Positions 17,528-27,248 of a stretch of 54,225 nucleotides of DNA are shown in pieces. The position numbers and the translations under genes are program-made. Positions within the stretch are counted from its first letter, which is position 1; each line of letters begins with the position of its first letter. This DNA comes from a virus (Duplodnaviria > Caudoviricetes). The notes beneath the pieces were generated by a model. It searched no databases. It saw only the letters and a list, made by a program, of their open reading frames with translations, and had not been told where the DNA came from. The stretch lies in the IMG/VR virus record IMGVR_UViG_3300028840_001956, positions 1 to 54,225 of that record. One strand, given 5' to 3'.

Positions 17528-18544
17528 ATGAGAATCGCAATAATCGACGGGATGGTTTATGATATCGATGACAGCCTGATGGATAAGCTGTCCAAGTTCT
17601 TTGACGCCAGCCCGAGGGCAGAGAGGGTCGGAGCAGTGATCAGCACTCATAATGGTCCAAGTTCGAAAAGGCTCTACTTTACGAATGAAAAGCGCCAGGA
17701 GCTTGAGGATAAGATCGAAGAGCTTGAGCGCGACGCCGGAGCCTTCGAGCAAATGTGCAGCGAATGCGTGATAGGCCATAATGAGCATATTGATGCACTC
17801 GGGAAGGAGATAGAAAGGCTCACCCGGGACAATGAGTGTAAGGAGTGTGGCGATTGTTGCGAGTGCGGAGACGAACTGAACCTGACAGCCCAGGAAGAAA
17901 TCGCCCTGTTAAAGGTCCGTGTAGTTGAGCTTGAGACAGAGGGCCTCGCCAAGCTTGAAGAATTGGAAGGTATGGTCAGGTCATTAGAAAGGGACTATGA
18001 CGCTAATGCAGAGAGCGCCATTCATGTAGAGAGCGTCATTCAGGAGATCGACGACCTGAGGGAAGAGAACTCCGAGAAGGGCCTTCTTATCAGTAGGCTT
18101 ACCAGCCAGAACAGGGCCTATATTTCAGCCCTCGAAGTAAAGGATGGGATCATAACGGCCAAACTGAATGAAATCGAAAGGCTGAAGAGCCGCCTCAGCG
18201 AACTTGAGGATGTTATCAAGCAGGCCGAGACAGCCGACCATTCCCAGGCGAAATGGGTACGGGAGCAATACTACAAGGTCCAGAGTTATGTCCTTAGGGA
18301 AAACCTTCATGCCGGTCACCACGACGACTCTACCCACGCCGACATTATTATCTCCGAGCACGCATTCCAGGCACGATATGGAAAGAATATGGCACTGAGG
18401 GCGCAGGCTGCCGAGGACGAGCTTCTGGCTTTGAAGAGGCAGATCTTGTGGGCCGACGAGTGTGGCCTCACCCTTGCAGAGCTTATGGACTCCTACGAAC
18501 GGATGGGGCTGAAAATGAGCGTGATAAATAGTGGTGGATTCTAA
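17528..18544 (+). CDS. Coiled-coil protein with Cys cluster
   Basis: Heptad E/L-rich sequence, 'CKECGDCCECG'; AGGGGG RBS. Confidence 0.7.
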   Translation: MRIAIIDGMVYDIDDSLMDKLSKFFDASPRAERVGAVISTHNGPSSKRLYFTNEKRQELEDKIEELERDAGAFEQMCSECVIGHNEHIDALGKEIERLTRDNECKECGDCCECGDELNLTAQEEIALLKVRVVELETEGLAKLEELEGMVRSLERDYDANAESAIHVESVIQEIDDLREENSEKGLLISRLTSQNRAYISALEVKDGIITAKLNEIERLKSRLSELEDVIKQAETADHSQAKWVREQYYKVQSYVLRENLHAGHHDDSTHADIIISEHAFQARYGKNMALRAQAAEDELLALKRQILWADECGLTLAELMDSYERMGLKMSVINSGGF

Positions 18545-18563
18545 CAAGAAAGGGGTATGCGAT

Positions 18564-18734
18564 ATGGACGTTAGCATGATTATTGATATAGGCTTCACAA
18601 CAAAGGACAATTTCGGTCCTCAGCTTACCTGGCGCGAGTGGTGTATAGACGCCGAATTCAGGTCGGGCGAAGGGTACTTTGACATCGCGTTCAGGCTGTT
18701 AGGTCTCAAATTTCAGTTCGGGCTTGATTGGTAA
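18564..18734 (+). CDS. Small hypothetical protein
   Basis: AGGGG RBS. Confidence 0.45.
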   Translation: MDVSMIIDIGFTTKDNFGPQLTWREWCIDAEFRSGEGYFDIAFRLLGLKFQFGLDW

Positions 18735-18758
18735 TGGTCCATAGTGAAGGGGGATGCT

Positions 18759-18929
18759 ATGTATGAATTAATTGCTGGTGCTATCCAGGGCCTGTCACAA
18801 TTGTCCGTCGTGCTTCTGGCTTCGACTGCTGTGCTGTTTACGGTTAGCGAGTTAAGCCTCAGGGAAATAGGATATGTGCTAATTGGTGTGGCCGCTGCCT
18901 TCCTGAACGTATTATTATGGTATGCCTGA
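18759..18929 (+). CDS. Small two-TM membrane protein
   Basis: Hydrophobic throughout; AGGGGG RBS. Confidence 0.5.
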   Translation: MYELIAGAIQGLSQLSVVLLASTAVLFTVSELSLREIGYVLIGVAAAFLNVLLWYA

Positions 18930-19000
18930 AGGGGTAAAAGGGGTCAAAATGGCTATCGTTTGGTAACTTTTTTTCAAACAAAAGGGACCTGCTCCAAATG

Positions 19001-19045
19001 AAAAGGGCGGTATCTCTGATGAATCATTGAGAATACCGCCCTCTT
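19001..19045 (-). terminator. Intrinsic terminator between convergent genes
   Basis: AGGGCGGTAT/ATACCGCCCT stem with flanking A tract. Confidence 0.6.
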
Positions 19046-19073
19046 CGTTTGATGTTAACCGGCTCTTTACTCG

Positions 19074-19313
19074 CTAACCGAGGTTGATACCGTTCTTTCT
19101 GGCAAGATTATCCACTATATCCCTGACCTGTCTCAGGGTGTATTCGATGGCGTTCTTTTTACAGTTGTCCCATGGCGGTAGGTCGAACTCACCCTTATTC
19201 ATGCGGGAGAGTTCAGCGAGTTCTTCGGCTAACAACTCAAGGTCGTTCGGAGCGTCAAGGCCAGTGTTCTCAATTTCAAGTTTAACCGTCTTGCATTTTG
19301 TGATTGTGTGCAT
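19074..19313 (-). CDS. Hypothetical protein
   Basis: 79 aa; AAAGGA RBS; downstream of the PAPS reductase-like gene. Confidence 0.6.
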   Translation of the reverse strand: MHTITKCKTVKLEIENTGLDAPNDLELLAEELAELSRMNKGEFDLPPWDNCKKNAIEYTLRQVRDIVDNLARKNGINLG

Positions 19314-19335
19314 GGTATATCCTTTCAGTTTGAGG

Positions 19336-20103
19336 TTAGACAGCTTTGATGCCGGTGATTTCTTCGAGGAACTTAGGCTCCTGATTTTTCTTCGGCATGA
19401 TCATAGTATAGTTTATTTTCTTTTCGAGGTCAACTATTTTCTTATAATTCTCAGGTGCCAGGACAGCGGCTACCTGAAGATCTTTAACTGAGGCCATAAT
19501 GCAGAATTGGCAGCTTAATCTTTCCATACCCATGTGGTATGCCCAGTGGACGGCTTCGCCATGATCCAAGATCTCAGCGTAGACTTCTTCTTCAGTCCAG
19601 TTGTGGATAGGGCTATAATCGTACCACTCGCGCCCAGCCTTGCTGTTACGTTTGTTAAAGGCGAACACCTTCCCTTTTGCGCGACCAGGAGACTCTTCTG
19701 CGCGGAGACCCATGCAGTTGACGATCAGGCCGTCCAGATCGTTGTCTTTTATATGGTGCCTGACTGCCTTCGTGATAGGGTCTCTCTTAAGGTCGCTGGT
19801 GCATTGACGATATTTGGGACTCGGGAACATACCGCGACGTTCAACCATATCAAAGAAGGTCTTGCCAGCGACAACCATTCTACAATCAAGATCAGCACAG
19901 GTATCGGTGACGAGATCCCAGCAACCGTCCCAATCTACGCCAGGCAGGTCAGCGTGGATTACCAGGAGTTGAGAAGCCGGTACCAGGCGTCGGAGTTTAA
20001 TGGTCATGGCTTGGCTATCTTTTCCGCCGCTGTGATTGACGATGAAGAGAGCGCCTCTGTTTATCAGGTCGGTGATTTCTTTTGGTGCGGTATAGTCGGC
20101 CAT
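19336..20103 (-). CDS. PAPS reductase (CysH/DndC-like PP-loop) family protein
   Basis: 'SGGKDS', 'CT..LK..PI', 'GLRAEES..R', 'RLSCQFC'; AGGGAG RBS before ATG 20103. Confidence 0.9.
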   Translation of the reverse strand: MADYTAPKEITDLINRGALFIVNHSGGKDSQAMTIKLRRLVPASQLLVIHADLPGVDWDGCWDLVTDTCADLDCRMVVAGKTFFDMVERRGMFPSPKYRQCTSDLKRDPITKAVRHHIKDNDLDGLIVNCMGLRAEESPGRAKGKVFAFNKRNSKAGREWYDYSPIHNWTEEEVYAEILDHGEAVHWAYHMGMERLSCQFCIMASVKDLQVAAVLAPENYKKIVDLEKKINYTMIMPKKNQEPKFLEEITGIKAV

Positions 20104-20151
20104 GTAGTTGATCTCCCTTAAAATTTGTTCTTGTTTTTTGTTTATAAACAA

Positions 20152-20180
20152 ATTTTACCACGAATGAAAATTAATGTCAA
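20152..20180 (-). promoter_or_regulatory. Sigma70-type promoter for the inverted island
   Basis: Reverse complement TTGACA ttaattttcattcgtgg TAAAAT. Confidence 0.75.
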
Positions 20181-20214
20181 CACTTTTTTATGGGGTACAA
20201 AGCCAAAGGGGGGG

Positions 20215-20796
20215 ATGATGCCAGTAATATCGACCGAGGGAATATATTTTATGGGTCAGTCATTCAGGCGAGTGGTGCGGGTACTCGCTGATGGCTATTT
20301 TCATATCAGGCTGCCGCATGCTGTACAAAATCACTACGATATTAAAGAGGTCAGAGAGAAGACCCTGGATGAAGCTATGCGGGAGTGGAAGCGCATATGC
20401 GGTGAATACCAGGACTCAGTGACCACCAGCCGGAAGGTTATCATTTATGAGATCCAGGGCGACAACCACTTCGCCCATGGGTGCCAGATATCCTTAGCAG
20501 CCCAGGTCTTCAATGAATTCAAGGTCGTAAGCCCGTCCTGCGATATCAGATATCGCTATGAGAAGGTTGACCATGAAGAAGATCTGCCTATCCAGATCCG
20601 GTATGGTGGCCTAAAACCGAGACCTGGTGACCAGGAGACGGAATGTATCCTTGAGTGGAGCCAGGAGCGCCATGATTTCTTCGTCGGCCTCGCGGTGGCC
20701 ATGGAAGGGTTGAAGAAGAAGCTGATGTTACTCGGCAACGATCGTGAAATCCTGGAAGCTGCCATCGCCGATAGGTATGAATTGCTGACAGTATAA
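20215..20796 (+). CDS. Hypothetical protein
   Basis: Poly-G RBS before ATG 20215. Confidence 0.6.
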   Translation: MMPVISTEGIYFMGQSFRRVVRVLADGYFHIRLPHAVQNHYDIKEVREKTLDEAMREWKRICGEYQDSVTTSRKVIIYEIQGDNHFAHGCQISLAAQVFNEFKVVSPSCDIRYRYEKVDHEEDLPIQIRYGGLKPRPGDQETECILEWSQERHDFFVGLAVAMEGLKKKLMLLGNDREILEAAIADRYELLTV

Positions 20797-20856
20797 TTTA
20801 TTTGTGACAACATAAAATAACCCTGACATCCTCGCTATGTCAGAGGCTATCTATCC

Positions 20857-20890
20857 AGGGGGGATACCTGTTTACAGGGTCTCCCCTTTT
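20857..20890 (+). terminator. Terminator-like hairpin upstream of terL
   Basis: AGGGGGGATACCTG...CAGGGTCTCCCCTTTT. Confidence 0.5.
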
Positions 20891-20911
20891 GCGCTCACAG
20901 AGGGGGATTAA

Positions 20912-22495
20912 TTGCTAAACCTATCGAATACAAGCGCCCGGGTACAGGAGACCGTTGACGACGAGATACAGGACCTCGATGAACTGAGGAAGATCCTGAA
21001 ATCTCAGCGTAAACGGCTCGATAGTTTGTATTGGATCAAGGATGCCTACGGCGAGCGTATCAAGTTCCAGATGAACTTCTCGCAGAAGAACCTGTATCTC
21101 GGGCTATGGTACTTCAACAATGTGCTTAAGGCACGCCAGGTGGGGATCACCACGTTCAGTTGTATCTTCGGCCTTGACCTGTGTATGTTCAATTCGAACA
21201 CTCAGGCGCTTATCGTGGCTCATAACAAGGACGATGCCGAGGAATTCTTTCACCAGAAGGTGAAATATGCCTACGATCAGCTACCACCAGCCCTGAAAGC
21301 TGCGAGGCCGGTCGATACCAAGAGGGCCAATAGGTTACGCTTCGATAATGGTTCGAGTATCAGGGTGGCGACCTCAGGGCGCTCAGGCACGTTTCAGTTT
21401 ATTCACATATCTGAGTTCGGAAAGATATGCGCGAAGTACCCCGAGAAGGCCAAGGAAATAGTCTCCGGTACCCTCAACGCTATCCACCCAGGTATGATCG
21501 TTGTTATCGAGTCCACCGCTGAAGGTCGAGAGGGTTTCTTTTACGACTATTGCGAGGTGGGCAAGAAGCTAAAGGACGAGGGCGCAAAGCTGACAGCCCT
21601 TGACCCTAAGTTCTTTTTCTTTCCATGGTGGAAGAACCCGCTGAATGTGTTGGAGCCTGAGGGGGTAACACTCTATGCTCACAATCTTAAATACTTTGAG
21701 GATCTCGAACTTAAACATGGTATCAAGCTCAGTCCACGGCGAAGAGCATGGTACGCTAAGAAGCTGGCCCAAATGGGTCAGGACCTCATGTGGCAGGAAC
21801 ATCCCTCTATACCTGAGGAAGCCTTCTATGCTGCTATCGAGGGAGCTTACTTCAAAGAGCAGATCAGGAAGCTCCGGCGTGAGAAGCGGATATGCGCTGT
21901 GCCTTACAACCCTGCCTATCTCGTCGATACCTGGTGGGATCTTGGGTACAACGACATAAACGCCATATGGTTCACACAGAACGTAGGGCGAGAGCTTCAC
22001 GTTATCAACTATTACGAAAACTCAGGTGAGGGCCTGCTGCATTACATCTCGAAGCTTAATGAGATGAAGGAAGAGCTTGAATACCGGTATGGGAGCCATA
22101 CAGCGCCGCATGATATCTTGGTCCACGAGTACACCAGCGGAAAGACCAGGAAGGCGTTCGCCAGGGAATCTGGCCTGATATTCAAGGTCTGCCCGAGAAC
22201 GTCCAAAGACGCACAGATAGAGGCGTCGCGGCGTTTCCTTAACATCGTACTCATAGACGAGGTACTCTGCGACAGGGGTATCAAATGTCTTGAGTCATAC
22301 CGGAAGGAATGGGATGAAAAGAAAGGCACTTATAAAAACAACCCTTATCACGATTGGGCTTCTAATGGAGCCGATGCTTGGCATACTATGTCCATAGCCC
22401 ATAAGTGGGCCGCCAACGCTGCACAGTTGGCAGACGCAATGGAAGCCAGGGCGAGTAGGCACGCCGAGAAAAAAGATAAGAAGGGGTGGACATAA
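20912..22495 (+). CDS. terL: Terminase large subunit
   Basis: Walker A 'LKARQVGITT', Walker B 'IHISE', 'IESTAEG', nuclease 'WDLG', 'HDWASNGADA'; TTG start after AGGGGG. Confidence 0.92.
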   Translation: MLNLSNTSARVQETVDDEIQDLDELRKILKSQRKRLDSLYWIKDAYGERIKFQMNFSQKNLYLGLWYFNNVLKARQVGITTFSCIFGLDLCMFNSNTQALIVAHNKDDAEEFFHQKVKYAYDQLPPALKAARPVDTKRANRLRFDNGSSIRVATSGRSGTFQFIHISEFGKICAKYPEKAKEIVSGTLNAIHPGMIVVIESTAEGREGFFYDYCEVGKKLKDEGAKLTALDPKFFFFPWWKNPLNVLEPEGVTLYAHNLKYFEDLELKHGIKLSPRRRAWYAKKLAQMGQDLMWQEHPSIPEEAFYAAIEGAYFKEQIRKLRREKRICAVPYNPAYLVDTWWDLGYNDINAIWFTQNVGRELHVINYYENSGEGLLHYISKLNEMKEELEYRYGSHTAPHDILVHEYTSGKTRKAFARESGLIFKVCPRTSKDAQIEASRRFLNIVLIDEVLCDRGIKCLESYRKEWDEKKGTYKNNPYHDWASNGADAWHTMSIAHKWAANAAQLADAMEARASRHAEKKDKKGWT

Positions 22496-22701
22496 TGGTT
22501 ATACAAGAATTTGCATTCAGCGGTACAAAGGCGCAGGCAGATCCGCACAAATGCCGACGAATTGACAAGAAGGAAGACACAGAATGCTCCGGTGGCGTCA
22601 GGGCATGGCCCTATGGTTTCTTTCCGAAACCTTGTGGGCCTGAGCCAAGGCCGGTACATCCTGGTTTTAAACCCAACACCCAAGGCGAGAAGGTGATCTA
22701 A
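22495..22701 (+). CDS. Small hypothetical protein
   Basis: TAATG overlap with terL; fills the gap to the portal. Confidence 0.45.
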   Translation: MVIQEFAFSGTKAQADPHKCRRIDKKEDTECSGGVRAWPYGFFPKPCGPEPRPVHPGFKPNTQGEKVI

Positions 22702-22702
22702 T

Positions 22703-24841
22703 ATGGCAGGTGCAATTGATATGGGACCGAAGGGTGAGGGCCTTGTACGTTTCGTTGGCAATGAAGAGATAGAGGCCAAGGAAGCCGCGAAGATGGCTGC
22801 TGAGAAAGAGCAAAACAGCGTGCTTAATCTCGGGTTGTCCGGCCACCTTCTGAAGAAGTGGGAAAAGGCCAAGATCAATAAGTGGTCGATCGAGGAGAAG
22901 CTGTTGGTATCCAAGCGGATGCGGAAGGGTAAATATAACCCTGAAGACCTCGCTCAGATAGAGAAGTTTGGCGGCTCCAATATATTCATGATGATAACCA
23001 ACGTGAAGTGTAGGGCTATCGAGTCATGGGTCAAGGACGTAATGCTCCCGTCCGGCGAGAAGCCCTGGACCATAGACCCAACGCCTGTTCCAGATCTCGG
23101 TGTTGATATCGAGAGGGCCATCGCAGCCCAGGTAGAGACCGAGGCGAAAGAGATCATGATGTCTCAGGGTATCCAGACGGTTAACCTTGATATGATCGAA
23201 GAGCGAATTGACGAGATCCGTGAAGACATAAAGCGCGACCTGATGCAGAAGGCCGTAAAGCAGACGATACAGATGGAAGACAGCCTCGAAGATGATCTCG
23301 TTGAGGGTGGTTTCTATGAAGCGTTCAGTGACTTCATTAAAGACTTCGCGACATACCAGACAGCCTTTATCAAAGGGCCTGTCATCCGTATGCGTGACGT
23401 TCTGAAATGGGAGAACGATCCGGTAAACCCAGGTTTAAAAACTCCTGTCGTCAGGAAGGTACTGAAGAGGGAATGGAATAGGGTATCTCCATTTGATATG
23501 TACCCAGGCCCTTCATCTAAAAACCTGAACGACGGCTACCTCTGTGAACGTATGCGTATCAGGCCCTCAGAGCTAATGGCCTTCAGGAACGTACCTGGCT
23601 TCAGCGCTCCGTCTATTGATATGATCCTAAGCCAGCACCGTATGGGACATCTTCGCAATTGGCTATGGACGGATCAGGAGCGTGCCAATCTTGATGATCG
23701 TCCGAATGAACTTGAGGATACCGGCGACGTTATCGAGGTCGTATGCTTCAATGGCCCTGTGCAGGGCAAGCTTCTGAAGGAGTGGGGGATTAAAGAGGAC
23801 ATCCAGGACGCCTTCGATTACGAGGTAATAGCATGGCTGGTCGATAGCTATGTTATTATGGCCCGTATCAATAGACACCCGCTTGGTGGGCGCAATTATT
23901 ATGGGGCTTCCTTCGAGGTCAACCCTGATTCTATATGGGGGTTGTCACCGCCCGAGCTACTTGAAGACTGCCAGCGTATATGTAACGCCGCCGCCCGGGC
24001 TGTCGTGAATAACATGGCTATCGCTTCAGGCCCTCAGGTAGAGGTGCATGAAGATAGGGTCGATCCCAAAGAGGATATCGAGGACATCTACCCATGGAAG
24101 GTATGGAAAACCAAGAGTGATGAACTCGGTAAAGGCACGCAGGCTGTGTATTTCCACCAGCCAAATGCCATGACCCAGGAGTTACTGCTGGTCTACGATC
24201 AATTCTTTAAACAGGCTGGCGAACAGTTGGGAGTCCCTGCCTATGAGCATGGCTCCCCTCAGGTCGGCGGTGCTGGCAAAACAGCCCATGGCCTGTCGAT
24301 GCTTATGAGCGCTTCCTCGAAGATCATGAAGGATGCCATAGGCAACATAGACAAGACCATTATAAAGCCCATAATCAAGGAACTGTGGCTCAACAAGATG
24401 CAATACGACGAAGATTTTAACCGGAATAACAAGGGTGATATCGACGTCGTTGCACGAGCCTCTGAATACCTGGTCATCGCAGAGCAACTGCAGATCAGGC
24501 GTGCTGAGTTCCTTAGCATGACCATGAACCAGTTTGATATGCAGATCATAGGCATGGCTGGTCGTGCCAAGATCCTCAAGGAAGTGTTGAAAACCTTGAA
24601 GATGCCGGACGAGATTATCCCTGATGAAATGATAGACGCGATGGATGTCGCGCAGGGTGGTCCGGCACAACCAGGCGCTCCAGGCATGATGCCAGGTGGC
24701 GCTCCAGGGCAGCCAGGTGTACCGGAGATGGGTGGCACAGCCATTCCCAATGCTCCAGGTGCAATGGCTCCAAACCCAGGCGAACCAGGTGGGCCGCCAG
24801 GTGGCGCTCTACCCGAATTGAATAAGCCAGAGAATCTCTAA
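22703..24841 (+). CDS. Portal protein
   Basis: 712 aa after TerL; 'RVSPFDMYP', 'CNAAARAVVNNMAIASGPQ', 'TAHGLSMLM'; P/G-rich tail. Confidence 0.85.
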   Translation: MAGAIDMGPKGEGLVRFVGNEEIEAKEAAKMAAEKEQNSVLNLGLSGHLLKKWEKAKINKWSIEEKLLVSKRMRKGKYNPEDLAQIEKFGGSNIFMMITNVKCRAIESWVKDVMLPSGEKPWTIDPTPVPDLGVDIERAIAAQVETEAKEIMMSQGIQTVNLDMIEERIDEIREDIKRDLMQKAVKQTIQMEDSLEDDLVEGGFYEAFSDFIKDFATYQTAFIKGPVIRMRDVLKWENDPVNPGLKTPVVRKVLKREWNRVSPFDMYPGPSSKNLNDGYLCERMRIRPSELMAFRNVPGFSAPSIDMILSQHRMGHLRNWLWTDQERANLDDRPNELEDTGDVIEVVCFNGPVQGKLLKEWGIKEDIQDAFDYEVIAWLVDSYVIMARINRHPLGGRNYYGASFEVNPDSIWGLSPPELLEDCQRICNAAARAVVNNMAIASGPQVEVHEDRVDPKEDIEDIYPWKVWKTKSDELGKGTQAVYFHQPNAMTQELLLVYDQFFKQAGEQLGVPAYEHGSPQVGGAGKTAHGLSMLMSASSKIMKDAIGNIDKTIIKPIIKELWLNKMQYDEDFNRNNKGDIDVVARASEYLVIAEQLQIRRAEFLSMTMNQFDMQIIGMAGRAKILKEVLKTLKMPDEIIPDEMIDAMDVAQGGPAQPGAPGMMPGGAPGQPGVPEMGGTAIPNAPGAMAPNPGEPGGPPGGALPELNKPENL

Positions 24842-24857
24842 GAAAGGTGGTGTTACC

Positions 24858-24986
24858 ATGAAGAAGAAAAAGAAAGCAGGCTGGAAGTCCGTCCGTGATC
24901 AGAAAGACGTATTGGGGTCCGAGAAGGGTGGAGACGACGGCCACAAAGTCGTTGAAAAATTCGGCAATAAGGGTGTGAAAAAATAA
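24858..24986 (+). CDS. 42-aa Lys-rich peptide
   Basis: MKKKKKAGWKS...; AAAGGTGG RBS; TAATG coupling to the next ORF. Confidence 0.5.
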   Translation: MKKKKKAGWKSVRDQKDVLGSEKGGDDGHKVVEKFGNKGVKK

Positions 24987-25159
24987 TGTCAGATCCATCG
25001 ACAACTCCCAAAGACGTAGAGGTGCCTAAGGTCGTGCCATTAAAGGAAACCTTCTGGCAGAAATTCAAACGCTCTCAAGCCGCCTCTGGCAGGCGTATGC
25101 GGAAGATCAAGGAGAAGCAAAGAGGTATCCGAGATCCTGCCAGGAGCCTGAGGAAATAA
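24986..25159 (+). CDS. 57-aa Arg/Lys-rich peptide
   Basis: MSDPSTT...KFKRSQAASGRRMRKIKEKQR; translationally coupled. Confidence 0.5.
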   Translation: MSDPSTTPKDVEVPKVVPLKETFWQKFKRSQAASGRRMRKIKEKQRGIRDPARSLRK

Positions 25160-25160
25160 C

Positions 25161-25310
25161 ATGCCTGATAAAAAAATTTTATCGTCTTCCAGCCCTACAT
25201 GGTATGGCGGGAAGGCAAAGAAGTCCAAGAAGAAGGTCAGGGCTGGCAGCTACGACAAAAAGAAGCGCAAGGGCTATGAGAAAATGCTCTCGGATGCTGG
25301 CAAGATCTAA
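25161..25310 (+). CDS. 49-aa Lys-rich peptide
   Basis: MPDKKIL...KAKKSKKKVR...KKKRK; GAGG RBS. Confidence 0.5.
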   Translation: MPDKKILSSSSPTWYGGKAKKSKKKVRAGSYDKKKRKGYEKMLSDAGKI

Positions 25311-25328
25311 GTTGTAAGGGGGGATAGG

Positions 25329-25592
25329 ATGATAGATTATCCGGACAATAAAGTCGTTGAGTCTATGGCTCGTTTGCGCCACGATCCTGATTTTTCAAGG
25401 ATCGTTGATTGGCTGGCAGACGAAGAAGAAAGTGTGGCAAGGCGTTCGATGGTTATGAACGACAAGGATTTTGTTAGGATGCAGGGTGCATACCTTACAA
25501 TTAGTGAGATCCTCAGGGTCGTGAACGACGCAGCCGCCATCATAGATGCAGCACATGAGCGCAAGAAGCGCCCACGAAAACATATCCCCTAA
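25329..25592 (+). CDS. Bbp19-like small head-module protein
   Basis: 'DFSRIVDWL...RMQGAY..ISEIL'; lies between portal and scaffold. Confidence 0.6.
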   Translation: MIDYPDNKVVESMARLRHDPDFSRIVDWLADEEESVARRSMVMNDKDFVRMQGAYLTISEILRVVNDAAAIIDAAHERKKRPRKHIP

Positions 25593-25664
25593 AGGGGCTT
25601 GGAATAAGGGCTGAGGGCAACCCATGGCCTTTGCTCCAGGTTTAAAAACAACAAGGAGATTGCA

Positions 25665-27248
25665 ATGAGTTGGAGAAACGAATTAACGGTAGGCATTATG
25701 CGTGCCGAAAGACTTTTTTATGGTACCGCCAATGGTGGTCTTGGGTCCGAGCTTTCAGTTACCGAGTTGGGCTACCTCGATGGTATCACGCCTGGTACAG
25801 CCGCTGCAAGCAAGGCCTTGATCCTTGATTCAAGCGCAGACATTACAAGCGGAATCAATGACTTTGCCGTTGATAACACCCTGACTGTCGGAGAGGACGA
25901 CCTGGTATACGGCAAGCTTTACATCTACGGTGGTCCCGAGGCTGCTAACCAGGGTGGATTCATTCGCCTGTATACATCCGACGAGCATGATGCCGACGAT
26001 GAATATTTCGCGGTAAATGTGACGTCCGCCCTTATGTGGATCGGTGCCGAGAATGATCTCGACCAGTTTATCATATACGGTTCAGCGGCTGCCAACGGAG
26101 CGTACGCCGGTACGATCAGGTCTACCGTAGCTGCCACGTTCGATGATGCAGTTGATATCGGGGGTGCGCTCGAAGTAACCGGTAATGCCGATGTACTCGG
26201 CGGGACAGTTCAGGTCGGTGTTGATGTCACAACCGATGGCGAGCTTATTGCATATGGTGGGTCTGGCTCCGTCGGTGGAAGTCTGAAGCTGTATAACAGC
26301 GCGGATGGCGACACCACCATTACCTACTACCTTTTCAGAGAGGACGGCCTCGGTGACCTTCAGATCGGTCCCGATACTGATCCGGACAGCCTCGTCTATG
26401 GTGCAGACAGGGATGCCTGGTTGTTTAACGGCGTCGCTCCGCAGGTTGAGCTTGGTACACAGGACACTGTGAAAGGTGGTCTGTATATCAACGCCGCCGA
26501 CACCCTTGCTGGCGCTGAGATGCGGATGTACGTTCCCGCAGACGTTCCCGCACCAGAATATTACAAGTTCCTCGTGTCCGATGCCGGTGCTCTGACTATC
26601 GGGCCAGATACCGATCCAGACGCTTTGACCTACGACGCTGGGTGGCTGATACCATCCGGAAGCTCGTTTGATATAGTCGGAACATTCAATATCGGTGGTG
26701 TCGCTGTTACCGCAACTGCAGCCGAGTTGAACTTCCTGGCGTCCGCTACCGCTGGCACTCAGGTTGCTTCCAAGGCCGTCATCGCAGATGCCAATATTAA
26801 TATCGGCGTGTCCAAAGTGACAGAACTCCATATCGGCGCTACCGGCTCTGAGACTCAGGTGACCGCAACTGGTGCCGAGTTGAATCTCAATGATAACCAG
26901 GCAGCGAGCGTGGCTTTCGCTCCTACCGGTGGGGCTGCGTCTGGTACGGTTACCACGACCTTCTCAGACGCAAACGGCGTGCAGATGGCTACGCCTTCTG
27001 CCTTTACCTTCTGGTTCTCCAGTGTCTCAACCGGCTTGGACTTCTTGCCGATTACGACTTCTGTTGTTGCCAATAAGGGAGCCGTTGACAAAGAGGGCGC
27101 TGTCGCTGGTGCCGATGTATTCCACGGTATTACCGATGCTGCCGGTGAGTTTGATGTCACCGTTACTGCCGCCGCCGATGACTATTACATGGTCATCCAG
27201 TTACCGAATGGCAAGCTGAATATCGCTTCCGTATTAACGATAACCTAA
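25665..27248 (+). CDS. Fibre-like virion protein (head or tail fibre)
   Basis: G/A/T/D-rich beta sequence; 'TATAAELN' repeats; three roughly 75-aa internal repeats ('IGPDTDPD' twice). Confidence 0.65.
   Translation: MSWRNELTVGIMRAERLFYGTANGGLGSELSVTELGYLDGITPGTAAASKALILDSSADITSGINDFAVDNTLTVGEDDLVYGKLYIYGGPEAANQGGFIRLYTSDEHDADDEYFAVNVTSALMWIGAENDLDQFIIYGSAAANGAYAGTIRSTVAATFDDAVDIGGALEVTGNADVLGGTVQVGVDVTTDGELIAYGGSGSVGGSLKLYNSADGDTTITYYLFREDGLGDLQIGPDTDPDSLVYGADRDAWLFNGVAPQVELGTQDTVKGGLYINAADTLAGAEMRMYVPADVPAPEYYKFLVSDAGALTIGPDTDPDALTYDAGWLIPSGSSFDIVGTFNIGGVAVTATAAELNFLASATAGTQVASKAVIADANINIGVSKVTELHIGATGSETQVTATGAELNLNDNQAASVAFAPTGGAASGTVTTTFSDANGVQMATPSAFTFWFSSVSTGLDFLPITTSVVANKGAVDKEGAVAGADVFHGITDAAGEFDVTVTAAADDYYMVIQLPNGKLNIASVLTIT

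Noticed and set aside
18759-18929. Possible holin
   Set aside because: It is only hydrophobic and has no adjacent endolysin in the window, so it is left as a membrane protein
19016-19022. CTGATGA (hammerhead core-like) inside a hairpin
   Set aside because: There is no stem II followed by GAAA and no cleavage triplet geometry; a terminator explains the structure
24650-24815. CCAGG-rich repeats at the portal 3' end
   Set aside because: Explained by the PG-rich disordered C-terminal tail common in these portals
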